Assembly (NCBI GenBank): GCA_965216875.1
Contig: OZ244207.1
Coordinates: forward strand, 8,032,001-8,096,000
Reading direction: 5' to 3'
Origin: Rubripirellula sp.
GTDB taxonomy: Bacteria > Planctomycetota > Planctomycetia > Pirellulales > Pirellulaceae
DNA length: 64,000 nucleotides
The first letter of the stretch is position 1. Every line of letters begins with the position of its first letter. A model generated the notes under the pieces. That model did not search any database, was not told where the DNA came from, and saw nothing but the letters and a program-made list of their open reading frames with translations. This document shows, piece by piece, positions 39,201-49,233 of this stretch. Both the position numbers and the translations under genes were made by a program.

Positions 39201-41060
39201 GTGTCGAACCGTCGCGGGAATGAAAATCAGAACGAACGTAGGGCGATCGCGCACTATGAAATTCTGGATGAAGTTGCCGTCGGCGGTATGGGACGCGTCG
39301 ATCGTGCCCGCGACACCCGAAGCGGGAACGTCGTCGCAATCAAACGCTTCATCGAGACGCGAAGCGCCGACGTCGAGGAACTTCGCCAGCGTTTTGAAAG
39401 GGAATGCCACCTGCTTGACGGCCTGGCACATGAGAACCTAGTTTCGATCTTGGACCACGGTGTCCACGAGGGCGACCATTACCTCGTGATGGAGTTCGTC
39501 GAAGGTATCAATCTTCGGCAGTGGATGGATCAGCGCACAACCGTCGAAGTCGAACAGACGAGCCGATTGATCCAGGGAATCGCGGCTGCCGTTTCTTACC
39601 TACACGCTTGCGACATCGTTCATCGCGACTTGAAGCCCGAGAACGTCCTTGTCGACGGGCAAGGCCAGGTCAAAGTCACTGACTTTGGACTCGCCGTTCC
39701 ATTGACGGATGTTGGCTCCATGACGGTTTCGGGGCAAGTGCTTGGGTCGAGTGATTACATTTCGCCCGAACAGCGTCATCGGCTACCGATGGATTGCCGA
39801 AGCGACCAATACTCGTTCGCGATCATCTGTTACGAGATGCTGACTGGTGAGCGCGCGCGGTTTCTCTACGAGCCACCATCGAAACTGAACCCAGCTCTTG
39901 GCGATGGCCTGGATCAAGTCATCCAACGAGCCCTTGATAAGGAGCCCGGAGAGCGGTTTCATTCGATCGACGACTTCGTTGACGCGCTCCAATCAGAGTT
40001 GGCCGCACTGACGCCGCGACGAGGGCAATCCCGAAATTGGGTCGTGCCGGGAACCATCGTTATCAGTCTGGTTGTTGTCATCGCCTACTTGCTTGTGCGT
40101 GATCGCGATGGAGTGCCGAGGAGCGTGAAGCGAGAGTTGCCGCCGATCGTGTCGGCGTTGGATGCGGCGGTCGAAAAAAACGAAGTTCAGCAACTGCAAA
40201 TTCAGTGGTCCGACTATTTGGGAATTGAGGTCAACCAGGTTTCGAGGACCGGGATTCCCCTGGTGCTCGTTCCGCCTGGTGAGTTCATGATGGGAGCAAC
40301 GGCAAGCGACATCGCCGACCAGCCTTTTGTGTCGTCGATGCACCCGGCGGGCGGACAAAACATGATTCCGCGTCACAAGGTTTCGATCTCTCGACCGATG
40401 TTGGTGGGCGTCTACGAAATCTCCGTTGGGCAGTTTCGAGAGTTTGTCAAAGAGACTCAACACACCACTGATGCTGAGAAGCGATCGGTTCAAGCCGAGG
40501 GTGACGCAGCGACGTGGGCAGCACCCGGTTTCGAACAGTCCGATCGGTCACCGGTAGTTTATGTTTCATGGGCCGACGCGTCCGCTTTTTGTACATGGCT
40601 CTCGGGCAAGGAGGCCAAGCCGTTTCGATTGTTGACCGAAGCGGAATGGGAATACGTCTGTCGCGCTGGGACACAGAGCACTTGGTACTTTGGCGACGAC
40701 GTCGAGCTTGTCAAACAGCACGCTCAAATCGTCTCGACTAACGATCCTGCATTGGTCCCGAACGACGACCTTTCAAAAAATCCCTTTGGGCTCTTTGGGA
40801 TGTGCGGCAGCGTCGATGAATGGTGCCAGGACGTGTTTGCGGTCGATGCCTACAACGATCACGAAGAAGTCGACCCGACCGGACCACCCCCGTCATCGCG
40901 AGCACAACGGGTCATTCGAGGTGGGGCCCATCCAGGTGACCCCTGGTACACTCGAAGCGCCGTCCGCCGTGGCAGACCGTACTATCGAGGCGAACGAAAG
41001 ATTGGGTTGCGTGTTGTGCACCCGATCGAGTTACCGAGAATCGAATCGGATTCGATCTAA
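39201..41060 (+). CDS. Ser/Thr protein kinase - TM - FGE-sulfatase (SUMF1) domain fusion
   Basis: GGMG.V, VAIK, HRDLKPEN, DFG, SPEQ; TM helix; PGEFMMG, RLLTEAEWEYVCRAG, NPFGL, RGG. Confidence 0.92.
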   Translation: MSNRRGNENQNERRAIAHYEILDEVAVGGMGRVDRARDTRSGNVVAIKRFIETRSADVEELRQRFERECHLLDGLAHENLVSILDHGVHEGDHYLVMEFVEGINLRQWMDQRTTVEVEQTSRLIQGIAAAVSYLHACDIVHRDLKPENVLVDGQGQVKVTDFGLAVPLTDVGSMTVSGQVLGSSDYISPEQRHRLPMDCRSDQYSFAIICYEMLTGERARFLYEPPSKLNPALGDGLDQVIQRALDKEPGERFHSIDDFVDALQSELAALTPRRGQSRNWVVPGTIVISLVVVIAYLLVRDRDGVPRSVKRELPPIVSALDAAVEKNEVQQLQIQWSDYLGIEVNQVSRTGIPLVLVPPGEFMMGATASDIADQPFVSSMHPAGGQNMIPRHKVSISRPMLVGVYEISVGQFREFVKETQHTTDAEKRSVQAEGDAATWAAPGFEQSDRSPVVYVSWADASAFCTWLSGKEAKPFRLLTEAEWEYVCRAGTQSTWYFGDDVELVKQHAQIVSTNDPALVPNDDLSKNPFGLFGMCGSVDEWCQDVFAVDAYNDHEEVDPTGPPPSSRAQRVIRGGAHPGDPWYTRSAVRRGRPYYRGERKIGLRVVHPIELPRIESDSI

Positions 41061-41074
41061 ATCGGATTGGAAAG

Positions 41075-41205
41075 AAAGATGTAGGGCAGAAAAAGGAAGA
41101 GGTCGAAACGTTAGGCAAAAAGACGTGGGGCAGAAAAATGAATGTTGATCGCCTGACGACCTCTCTTCATCTTTCTGTTCCGAAGTTCTCTGTCCCTCTT
41201 CCCTG
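41075..41205. repeat. Degenerate copy of the purine-rich repeat family between convergent genes
   Basis: ttaggcaaaaagacgtggggcagaaaaatgaatg..gatcgcctga.gacct. Confidence 0.7.
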
Positions 41206-41212
41206 ATCACAC

Positions 41213-42196
41213 TTACTTGAGCCGGACGCGGCACAGGTAGCTGTCGGCGGTGATGTAGAGGGTCTTGCCTGTGTCATCAAAGGTGCAGTTGCTTGTGCGT
41301 CCGCCGGTGATGATTCGACCAAGCAGTTTTCCTTCGGGGGTCATGACATAGATTGCACCGGGGCCACTACCAAAGATCGTGCCGTCGGCTGCGATCGCCA
41401 ATCCATCTGGAAGACCGGGAAGCTCTTTCATGTATTGCTTGGCGTTCAGCAGCACCTTGCCTTCGCCAAGCGTCTTGTCGTCTTTGATCGGGAAGGCCAT
41501 CCAAATGGGATTGTCCGGATCGCTTTGGGCAACGTAAAGCGTTTTTTCGTCGGGCGACAAACCGATCCCATTGGGGCGAGCAAGTTGCTTGGTGAGCAGA
41601 GTGAGTTTGCCGTTGGGTGCTAAGCGATAGACCCCACAGAAATCGAGTTCACGTCGTGGGTCGGATGCACGTTCGGGCAAACCGTAGGGTGGGTCGGTGA
41701 AATAGATGGAGCCATCCGATCCAAAGACCAAATCGTTTGGGCTGTTAAGCCGTCGTCCTTCGTAGTTGTCCACCAGCGTGCGTTTGCCACCACCACGCGT
41801 CAAAACAGAAACTCGGCGGTCGCCATGCTCGCAGGCGGTCAGGCGACCTTGCGGGTCAAGCGTCAGGCCGTTGCTGCCAGGTTCGAGCCCGTAATAGCTC
41901 ACCCCGGTGTAACCACTTGGGTTCATGAACAACTCAATGCCGCGCGCTTCGGTCCAGCGAAAGATGCTGTTTCGTGGAATGTCGGAAAAGAGTAGGTGCC
42001 CGCCCGATTCGTCTTTCACCCAAACGGGACCCTCGGTCCAAGTGAAGCCGCCGGCGAGTACTTCGATTTTGGTTTCGGCTGCAATCTTCTCGTCAAACTT
42101 GGGGTCAAGACTCTCAAGTCGACCAATCGTCTCGGGAGTCTGGGCCAGCGCAGGGAGTGCGAGCATTAAGGCAGCAAAGAGGGACGCGAAACGCAT
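41213..42196 (-). CDS. SMP-30/gluconolactonase family protein
   Basis: Signal peptide; WTEGPVW, GSNGL, LNSPND, FTDPPYG, PNGIGLSPD, PDG. Confidence 0.9.
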   Translation of the reverse strand: MRFASLFAALMLALPALAQTPETIGRLESLDPKFDEKIAAETKIEVLAGGFTWTEGPVWVKDESGGHLLFSDIPRNSIFRWTEARGIELFMNPSGYTGVSYYGLEPGSNGLTLDPQGRLTACEHGDRRVSVLTRGGGKRTLVDNYEGRRLNSPNDLVFGSDGSIYFTDPPYGLPERASDPRRELDFCGVYRLAPNGKLTLLTKQLARPNGIGLSPDEKTLYVAQSDPDNPIWMAFPIKDDKTLGEGKVLLNAKQYMKELPGLPDGLAIAADGTIFGSGPGAIYVMTPEGKLLGRIITGGRTSNCTFDDTGKTLYITADSYLCRVRLK

Positions 42197-42281
42197 CGTT
42201 TTTCAATCGCAGAGAGGGCAAGAAGGGTGAACGGGCAGGCCCCAATTGTACTTGCTCCCAACGGCAAATGTGACTCGCGCG

Positions 42282-42743
42282 TTAGCCCTCCGAATCGACC
42301 ACCGCAGGGGCAACCGCTTCTGCGTCAGTGAGCGGGGCGGGACGATTGGGCTCGAACATCATTTCCGCAATACTCGACTTGCCAAGCGTTTCTTCGACCA
42401 ACGCCAGCGACTCGTCGAGCCGGGCGTGCATCGGGCACAGCTGTTTGCAGTGAGAAGGGAGCGAGAGCGGGCAGCCATGGATTCGCTCGAGCGGGTCAAC
42501 CGCATTGACCACATCAAGCACGGTCAACTCCGTCGGCGAACAGGCCAATTGAAAGCCTCCACCGACTCCGCGGCGGGAACTCAGGATTTCCGATCCAGCC
42601 AAATCATGCAGGATTTTCGACAAATAGCTCGTCGGAACCTGAGTGGCATCGGCAATCACGCGATTGCCAATCGGCCCTTTGGCTTGATGCTGGGCCAGGT
42701 AGATCACGGCTCGGAGGGCGTATTCGACGGTCTGTGAGAACAT
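42282..42743 (-). CDS. Rrf2-family transcriptional regulator
   Basis: SQTVEYALRA, YLSKIL, SRRGVGGGF, Cys cluster CPL...C..LCPMH. Confidence 0.9.
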   Translation of the reverse strand: MFSQTVEYALRAVIYLAQHQAKGPIGNRVIADATQVPTSYLSKILHDLAGSEILSSRRGVGGGFQLACSPTELTVLDVVNAVDPLERIHGCPLSLPSHCKQLCPMHARLDESLALVEETLGKSSIAEMMFEPNRPAPLTDAEAVAPAVVDSEG

Positions 42744-42823
42744 CCGGGGGCTCGATTGGGACACGAAACTGAGTCCTAGCTTAGCCGTTTTTCCCAGAAA
42801 AAAAGGGGGATGATTCATAAAAA

Positions 42824-42881
42824 GGACAATCTTGTCCGATTTTGGTCTTGTTGGGCTGTTTAAATCGGACAAAGATATCCG
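42824..42881. promoter_or_regulatory. Two palindromic operators GGAYA-N4-TRTCC
   Basis: ggacaatcttgtcc (42824-42837) and cggacaaagatatccg (42866-42881) lie in the divergent promoter region next to the Rrf2 gene. Confidence 0.6.
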
Positions 42882-42966
42882 TAATTGGCTTGCAGGCGAT
42901 TCGCGCCGTTGTTGCGCAAGCGAGCCAAGGCGACCTCTCAGACAACATCGCACCGGAGTTTTGATT

Positions 42967-43500
42967 GTGACAAAAACCCCCATCGTTCTGTTTGCCGCAT
43001 TGGCGGTGACCGTTGTTTCCAGCGTTGGCCTGTTTGCGCAAGACGCGAAAAAGAAAGCCAAGAAAGATCGTCCGCTCGAGCGAACACGCAAAACGGTTCG
43101 AATGCTCGACGACATCTACAAAGGTGGCATCGTTGCGATCACCGATAACTATGTGAACGACAAAGACACGATTCCAGCGGGGACGGCGTTCAAGCAAGTC
43201 TTCAAATCGGCAGAGGAAAAGGGCTGGCATCGAGTACGATTGGTCGACGGACTCGGCGAACCACTCAACGAGGAAAACGCACCCGAAGACGCGTTCGAAA
43301 AGAAGGCCCTCAAGGCGTTGGTGGCTGGCGAATCGAAATGGTACGAAGAGGTCCAAGTCGAAGGCGACAAACGTGTTTTGCGAGTTGCCACGCCCGTGCC
43401 AGTTGTGTTCGAGAAATGCATCATGTGCCACGACAACTACGAAGGCGTCCCGGCTGGCCAAGCGATCGGTGCGTTGACCTACAAGATTACTGTCGAGTGA
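42967..43500 (+). CDS. Exported c-type heme protein (DUF3365-like)
   Basis: Signal peptide; NAPEDAFEK, CIMCH, GALTY. Confidence 0.8.
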   Translation: MTKTPIVLFAALAVTVVSSVGLFAQDAKKKAKKDRPLERTRKTVRMLDDIYKGGIVAITDNYVNDKDTIPAGTAFKQVFKSAEEKGWHRVRLVDGLGEPLNEENAPEDAFEKKALKALVAGESKWYEEVQVEGDKRVLRVATPVPVVFEKCIMCHDNYEGVPAGQAIGALTYKITVE

Positions 43501-43549
43501 TCGGCTCGACCTAGAACGCTAGAAAGAGCGAAAAGAGAACACGGAGTTT

Positions 43550-44854
43550 GTGATGAACGTTTCACGCAGTTTGGTCTTTGCCGTTCTGGTTGCGATCGCT
43601 CCGATCGCAAGTGCGCAGAACGACTTTGAACAAGCGCCGATTGAATACCACACGGCGCCCGTTACGGACGCGATCGAAAAACTGCGCGTCGCGCTTGAAG
43701 CGGGAGAAACGAAACTCGAGTGGGACGAGCAGCACGGTTGGCTGACCGACCTGATGAAAAAGCTTGACGTTCCCGTTTCGTCACAAACGCTTGTCTTTTC
43801 CAAGACCAGTTTGCAAATCTCGCGGATCACGCCTCAGCGTCCGCGAGCGTTGTATTTCAACGATGACATCTATGTCGGTTGGGTCCAAGAGGGCGACGTG
43901 GTCGAGCTGTCGGCAGTCGATCCAAAGCAAGGACCCGTGTTCTATTCGATCGCCCAAAAAGAGAGCGGCGGTCCTGTGATCAAACGTGATCGTGGGCATT
44001 GCACCGTCTGTCATGCCTCGTCTCGCACGCAGAACGTTCCTGGCTTTTTGGTTCGCAGCGTCTATCCCAGTCGCAACGGGACACCCCACTATGGGCTTGG
44101 AACGACGACGACCGATCATTCGACCGATCTGTCGCAACGTTTCGGTGGTTGGTATGTCACCGGCACGCACGGCGCGATGCGACACATGGGCAACGTCATA
44201 GCGGAAGAAGATGCCAGCGATCCGATCGACGCTGAAGCGGGGGCCAACCGAACGACACTTGACGGTTTGGTCAATACGGAACCCTATTTGACCGACAGCA
44301 GCGACATCGTCGCGTTGATGGTGCTTGAGCATCAATCACAGATGCACAACTACATCACCCGAGCAAATTACGAAGCACGTCGGGCGAAGCACCAGGATCA
44401 AATCATGAGCAAGTTGCTCGATCGACCTGACAATTATGTCAGCGATTCAGCGAAACGCAGGATCGCCTCGGCGGGCGACAAGTTGCTCAAATACCTGTTG
44501 TTCGTTGACGAGCTGCAGTTGTCATCGCCCATCGCAGGATCGTCGGACTTTGTCAAAGACTTCGAAGAGTGTGGGATTCGAGACAAGCGTGGTCGGTCGC
44601 TACGTGACTTTGATCTTGAGACGCGGTTGTTCAAGTACCCCTGCAGCTTCCTGATCCACACCACGTCCTACACCGGACTTCCTGAAGAGGTGCGAGCCTA
44701 CGTCGAAGATCGCTTGGCAAAGGTGCTATTGGGGCAGGACACGTCGGGAGACTTTGAACACTTGACCCCGAACGATCGACAAGCGATTCGCGAAATCCTC
44801 TCCGACACACTACCTGGCTTCCGCGAACGTGTTGAAGACGCCCGGCGCTCGTAG
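43550..44854 (+). CDS. Exported protein with a single CxxCH heme motif
   Basis: Signal peptide; LVFSKTSLQ, PRALYFNDD, CTVCH. Confidence 0.75.
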   Translation: MMNVSRSLVFAVLVAIAPIASAQNDFEQAPIEYHTAPVTDAIEKLRVALEAGETKLEWDEQHGWLTDLMKKLDVPVSSQTLVFSKTSLQISRITPQRPRALYFNDDIYVGWVQEGDVVELSAVDPKQGPVFYSIAQKESGGPVIKRDRGHCTVCHASSRTQNVPGFLVRSVYPSRNGTPHYGLGTTTTDHSTDLSQRFGGWYVTGTHGAMRHMGNVIAEEDASDPIDAEAGANRTTLDGLVNTEPYLTDSSDIVALMVLEHQSQMHNYITRANYEARRAKHQDQIMSKLLDRPDNYVSDSAKRRIASAGDKLLKYLLFVDELQLSSPIAGSSDFVKDFEECGIRDKRGRSLRDFDLETRLFKYPCSFLIHTTSYTGLPEEVRAYVEDRLAKVLLGQDTSGDFEHLTPNDRQAIREILSDTLPGFRERVEDARRS

Positions 44855-44916
44855 GCTGGCCCTAACCCGCGTGTACCGAACCTCTTCGTAGCGGCGTCTG
44901 CGTCGCGGCCAGCGGC

Positions 44917-45795
44917 TCAGTGTTTGCGGCCTTTGTAGACGCGGATCCAGTCGACCCACATGATGCTTTGATCGAGGTTGGCAAGCTCTTTATCGGTGGG
45001 TGTGATTCCGTCGTCACTTCGCCAATCTTGATCTTCGGTGTTGATGATGATGTGCATCGGTTTGCTGAGGCCGGTTCCAGCAGTGAAACCTTTGGGGTCG
45101 ATGATCGACTTTCCTGACACGGTGCGCACGAGCTTACCGTCAACGTAGTACTCCAAGTGCCAGGGATCACGCCAGTAGACGCCAACGCGGTGGAAGTCTT
45201 TTCGCCAGTTCGTTCCATCCCTGTACCAACTGCCGTCATCGGTCGGCTGATAGTCTTGAAAGGGCGATCGAATGAAAACGTGGTGGCTAAGGTGAAGTCG
45301 TTCAGCAGTCCATTTTTGGTCGGCCCGCTGGCTGCCATACGCTTCGATGATGTCGATCTCTTGAGTCGAATCTTTGCTTAACATCCATACGTTCGATGCA
45401 AGGACAAGTCCGCTAATCTTGACTTTGGCTTCGACGTAGAGCGGATAGGTGAAGGTTTCGTTTGACGAAATCACACCTGCATAGACTTTGTCCGTCGACG
45501 GTTTTCGGGATGCAGCGATCCCTAGGTGGCCGCCAGTGACATAAGAGTGGCCGGGATTGAACTCCGTGCGGCCAGGGCCAAGCCATCGATTGATGAATGA
45601 TGATTTCCATCGCCGCTTAAACGCATCAGGCTTTTCCGTTGGCTTTGTCGTGTATCGGAAATCATCGGAAACGGGTTGCAGTTCCCATTTCATCCCATCG
45701 GGAGCATGAGCGGGGATCGAAATTCCGTCCCAGTCGGCGGCCCAAACTGGTGGTGAGATGCCCAGTACGACCAAGAGTGCGACCAAACGTTTCAT
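44917..45795 (-). CDS. GH16 glycoside hydrolase, probable beta-agarase
   Basis: Signal peptide; [13 protein letters not shown], catalytic [28 protein letters not shown]. Confidence 0.85.
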   Translation of the reverse strand: MKRLVALLVVLGISPPVWAADWDGISIPAHAPDGMKWELQPVSDDFRYTTKPTEKPDAFKRRWKSSFINRWLGPGRTEFNPGHSYVTGGHLGIAASRKPSTDKVYAGVISSNETFTYPLYVEAKVKISGLVLASNVWMLSKDSTQEIDIIEAYGSQRADQKWTAERLHLSHHVFIRSPFQDYQPTDDGSWYRDGTNWRKDFHRVGVYWRDPWHLEYYVDGKLVRTVSGKSIIDPKGFTAGTGLSKPMHIIINTEDQDWRSDDGITPTDKELANLDQSIMWVDWIRVYKGRKH

Positions 45796-46838
45796 GTTGC
45801 CGGCACGTCGGCTTGTGGTTCAGTTTGCGTTTCGGAACGCTGTTCGGCTTTGCGGTACAGGTTTGCCATTTCGAGCATCAATGATTCGAGAGCTGTGTAG
45901 TAGGGAACGCGTTTCATCGTCTCCTTTTGCGATCGCAGTTGATCGAGTCGCGATTCGATGTCACTTCGAAGCTTGATTTCGTCGGCGGTCAGCAGCAAGC
46001 CACCTTGCGACGGCGACAGGGTGAACTTGGCGGCGGTCTTTCCGTCGAGTGCGGCGTTCCCCTTGGCTTTCGCGATCGGCCGAGTGCCACGGAACATTTT
46101 CGCTGGCGTTCCTTTCGCGTCACCATTATCGTCCAGCAACGCATGCTCGGTGCTGATACGAGCTTCGGAATCGTAGAACGCTTGCACATCGGAACTCGCG
46201 CGCAAGAACGCTTCTTGGATCGAAACTTCGTCGTCGTGGTCGAGGTCTGCATCGGCGGACGTGATTGCTTCGGCAAAGAACTGTCCGAACCGCGAATAAT
46301 TCTGCTCGCTGCCGCTCTTGGTTGCCGTGACGATGACTCGATTGGGTCCCGATAATCGATTGATCAGCGGGCCGCTGGCAGAGTGGCAACCAATCACAAC
46401 GACCGGCCGTTTGACCGGTTCAAGCCAGTTGGCCAGTTCGGTGGCCGAAACGTCGCGCCCCTTCATGTTGAACTTGGCGACATTGTTTGCGTAAGTGCCA
46501 TGACCGATCATGACGAGCCAAAGGGGCGTCTCGATTTGCTGGCTCGCTTTTTCGATCGCATCCTGCAGTCTTTTGCGGTCTGCTGCGGATTCGTCCGCCT
46601 CGATTCCGATGGTTGCGATCGACAGATTGGATTGCTCGGCAACTTTTTTCCATGTGTCGGCCCAATTCGAAAACTGGTCGCCGTACTCGTCCGTTCCGCT
46701 TGCCCCGACCACCAAGATGATGTCGGCAAGCTTTCTTTCGGACGCGGGGGCAGGGATGCCGGTTGCGATGGTGCAAAGGACCAGGGCAGCGAACCACGCG
46801 ATCATTTTCGATGTTGGCAACACCATGTTTCTAAGCAA
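45792..46838 (-). CDS. Exported hypothetical protein of the MoxR operon (caspase/C13-like fold possible)
   Basis: [26 protein letters not shown]; overlaps both neighbours. Confidence 0.7.
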   Translation of the reverse strand: MLRNMVLPTSKMIAWFAALVLCTIATGIPAPASERKLADIILVVGASGTDEYGDQFSNWADTWKKVAEQSNLSIATIGIEADESAADRKRLQDAIEKASQQIETPLWLVMIGHGTYANNVAKFNMKGRDVSATELANWLEPVKRPVVVIGCHSASGPLINRLSGPNRVIVTATKSGSEQNYSRFGQFFAEAITSADADLDHDDEVSIQEAFLRASSDVQAFYDSEARISTEHALLDDNGDAKGTPAKMFRGTRPIAKAKGNAALDGKTAAKFTLSPSQGGLLLTADEIKLRSDIESRLDQLRSQKETMKRVPYYTALESLMLEMANLYRKAEQRSETQTEPQADVPAT

Positions 46839-49233
46839 GCCCTTTCCAGCGGCGAAGTCCCCATTCGGCGCACAAGCACAACATCGCCAAGCCCATCACC
46901 CACGCGCTGTGCCAGATCGGATAGATCCAAGTTTCGCGAACGGGAACTTTCTTGTTCGGCAGATCCGCCGCAAACTGGTCCAGTTGGTCGTCAACCACCA
47001 CTTCGCCACCGGTCTGCTGAGCAATCTTCGAAAGAAGTTTGCGGTTGATTTGCAGGTCACCGAATTCGGCGGCGCCGGTTTGGACCGTCCATCCCGCGGT
47101 TGCTGATCCGACGTGACTGCCATCGGCCGCAGTGATCATCGCTTCGACGTGATAGCCGCCTGGTGTGCGCGACCAATAACTCGCTTTGTAGGTGCCCGCA
47201 AGCTGACCGTCTGCGTCGGCATTAAGCGTGAACGTTTCGCCTTCGATGGGCGAGATCTTGAATTTGACCGTGGCGTTGTCAAGCGGCAAGTAGGACTCGT
47301 CGCGCGCCACGGCAATAATGGTGACCGGTTGGCTTGGATCCTTGCTCGATTCGACACGCACCTCAGCGCGTCGGGGAACTTCGTTGACGAGCCAATGAGT
47401 GATCTGCCGCCACGTTTGAGCGGCGTCATCAGGGTGCTTTTCATCACGCCGCATCGACCATCGCCACAGGTCACCGATGGGAATCGCGGCCGAACGTCCT
47501 TTTCCGAAACGTTGGGCAACGATCGCAGGCAACGTTTTACCGTCGCGTGTATCGACCGTTGCCATAAGCGATGCGCCCGGTTTGACGTCCCCGACTTCAT
47601 TGAGGGTAAGGAAGGGAGGCATCGAAGCGGTGCGTTGTCTTTCGCCCGCTTCATTGTCTCGCAGTCGCATCCATGGTTGCAGCATGCCTTCACGCGTGAT
47701 CGACAGATTGACGGGGCCAAAACCCTCTTCCCGCTGCCGGCGAGGTGCGTAGACGGGTGCGAGATCGCCCAGTGGCGTGTCACCAAATCGTCGGCTGTCA
47801 AAGGACTCTTGGCCGCCCAGCATCAGCAGCCCGCCACCTCGCGCGGAGACGAACTTTTTCAGCAGCAACATTTGATCTTGAGTGAAGAATTCCGGTTCCA
47901 GGTCGTCAAGAATCACGCCATGGTAGGCAAACAGTTCTTCGCTCGATTCGGGGAATCCATCACTGAGTTCCTCGGACTCTTTGACACCGAGTCGAATGAT
48001 GACCGGTTCATCGTACTGCTGCGCCGCGTCTTCTTCGTCTTTTCCCAATCCGGCAAACAAGGGGTTCGTGCCGCTGACACCACGGTCTCGGAAGCTGAAT
48101 TTGGGTTCCTTTTTGGCGATTCGTAACAGCGCCACCATCTGAATCTCGGCATCCTCTTGCAATGCACGACGAATGAATTTGTACTCCCAGTTTGGTCGTC
48201 CAGCGACATAGAGGATGCGGTAGGGGCCGGTCGCTCGGTTCACGGCAACGACGCGGTGGTTGTTTGCTAAGGTCGCTTCATTGGTCTTGGGGGATTCGCT
48301 TGTTGGTTTGCCATCCTTGAATTCGTCGCGGTCTCCATCGACAAAGGCTGCCACGCGAAAGAAATTGACGCCAGCTTGGTCGGGCCGAAAACGAAATCGA
48401 ACTTCTCCGCCGCCGTCCGTTTCGTTTGTTTGAGTCTTCTTTTCTTCGATCACTTTGTTCGATGCGAGGTCGATCAATTGCACGACAACCGATTGGTCAT
48501 CCATGGCGACGGAGTCGACCGATATGCGGATGGTTGTCGGCGCCGACTCAAAATCGGTTTGGCGGATGCTGACATCGCTGATGCGAAGGTCACGCACATC
48601 GTCGTTGATCGCGGGCAGTACCGGATAGATCGGGAAACCGAGCGTCGACCAATCGAAATCGGTACCCGGTAGATCCGTCAGGTTGCCGTCGGTGAATAAC
48701 AGCACGCCGCCGACGGGGCGACCGGCGAAACGCTCTTGCAGCGATCGCAGACTTGCCGTGAGCGAAGAGACGTATCCATTGAGCGGTAGCGATTGGAAGT
48801 CTTCGACGTTTTCCAAGCGTGCATCGAACGAATAGGTCCGCACATCAAATGCCTGCGCCAATCGGACTCGCCATGGACTCTCTTTGTCAAGGCGATCCAT
48901 CACCGTGCGACCGCGACTGCGATCATCTGAGATCGACTTGAGCTGCATGCTTTGACTGTTGTCGGCTAGGATCGAAACGATGTTCGCTTGGGGCCTGGGC
49001 CGTGTGCCGCTGCGTAGCGGTTCCAGCAAGCAGATGGCGATCAACACGATCGCGACGATCTTCAAAAGCGATGCGACAACGCCGACGGGTCCGGAAGTCC
49101 CGCGCGCGGCGTAGTTCCAAATCACCAGCAACGTGATCACGATCACCGCGATCCCCGCTGGCACAACCCATTCGGGTGCTCCGAGCAAATAGTTGCCCGG
49201 GTCGATGGTGGAAGCGACTGCGTTTTCGTTCAA
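46831..49233 (-). CDS. Membrane protein with vWA-like and DUF1355/GATase-like domains
   Basis: N-terminal TM helices, DNSQSM, FTDG, GGGLLMLGG, GKGRS, C-terminal [10 protein letters not shown]. Confidence 0.8.
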   Translation of the reverse strand: MNENAVASTIDPGNYLLGAPEWVVPAGIAVIVITLLVIWNYAARGTSGPVGVVASLLKIVAIVLIAICLLEPLRSGTRPRPQANIVSILADNSQSMQLKSISDDRSRGRTVMDRLDKESPWRVRLAQAFDVRTYSFDARLENVEDFQSLPLNGYVSSLTASLRSLQERFAGRPVGGVLLFTDGNLTDLPGTDFDWSTLGFPIYPVLPAINDDVRDLRISDVSIRQTDFESAPTTIRISVDSVAMDDQSVVVQLIDLASNKVIEEKKTQTNETDGGGEVRFRFRPDQAGVNFFRVAAFVDGDRDEFKDGKPTSESPKTNEATLANNHRVVAVNRATGPYRILYVAGRPNWEYKFIRRALQEDAEIQMVALLRIAKKEPKFSFRDRGVSGTNPLFAGLGKDEEDAAQQYDEPVIIRLGVKESEELSDGFPESSEELFAYHGVILDDLEPEFFTQDQMLLLKKFVSARGGGLLMLGGQESFDSRRFGDTPLGDLAPVYAPRRQREEGFGPVNLSITREGMLQPWMRLRDNEAGERQRTASMPPFLTLNEVGDVKPGASLMATVDTRDGKTLPAIVAQRFGKGRSAAIPIGDLWRWSMRRDEKHPDDAAQTWRQITHWLVNEVPRRAEVRVESSKDPSQPVTIIAVARDESYLPLDNATVKFKISPIEGETFTLNADADGQLAGTYKASYWSRTPGGYHVEAMITAADGSHVGSATAGWTVQTGAAEFGDLQINRKLLSKIAQQTGGEVVVDDQLDQFAADLPNKKVPVRETWIYPIWHSAWVMGLAMLCLCAEWGLRRWKGLA

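Noticed and set aside
40900..41030. FGE-sulfatase C-terminus as a diversity-generating retroelement target
   Set aside because: No template repeat or reverse transcriptase seen in the window.
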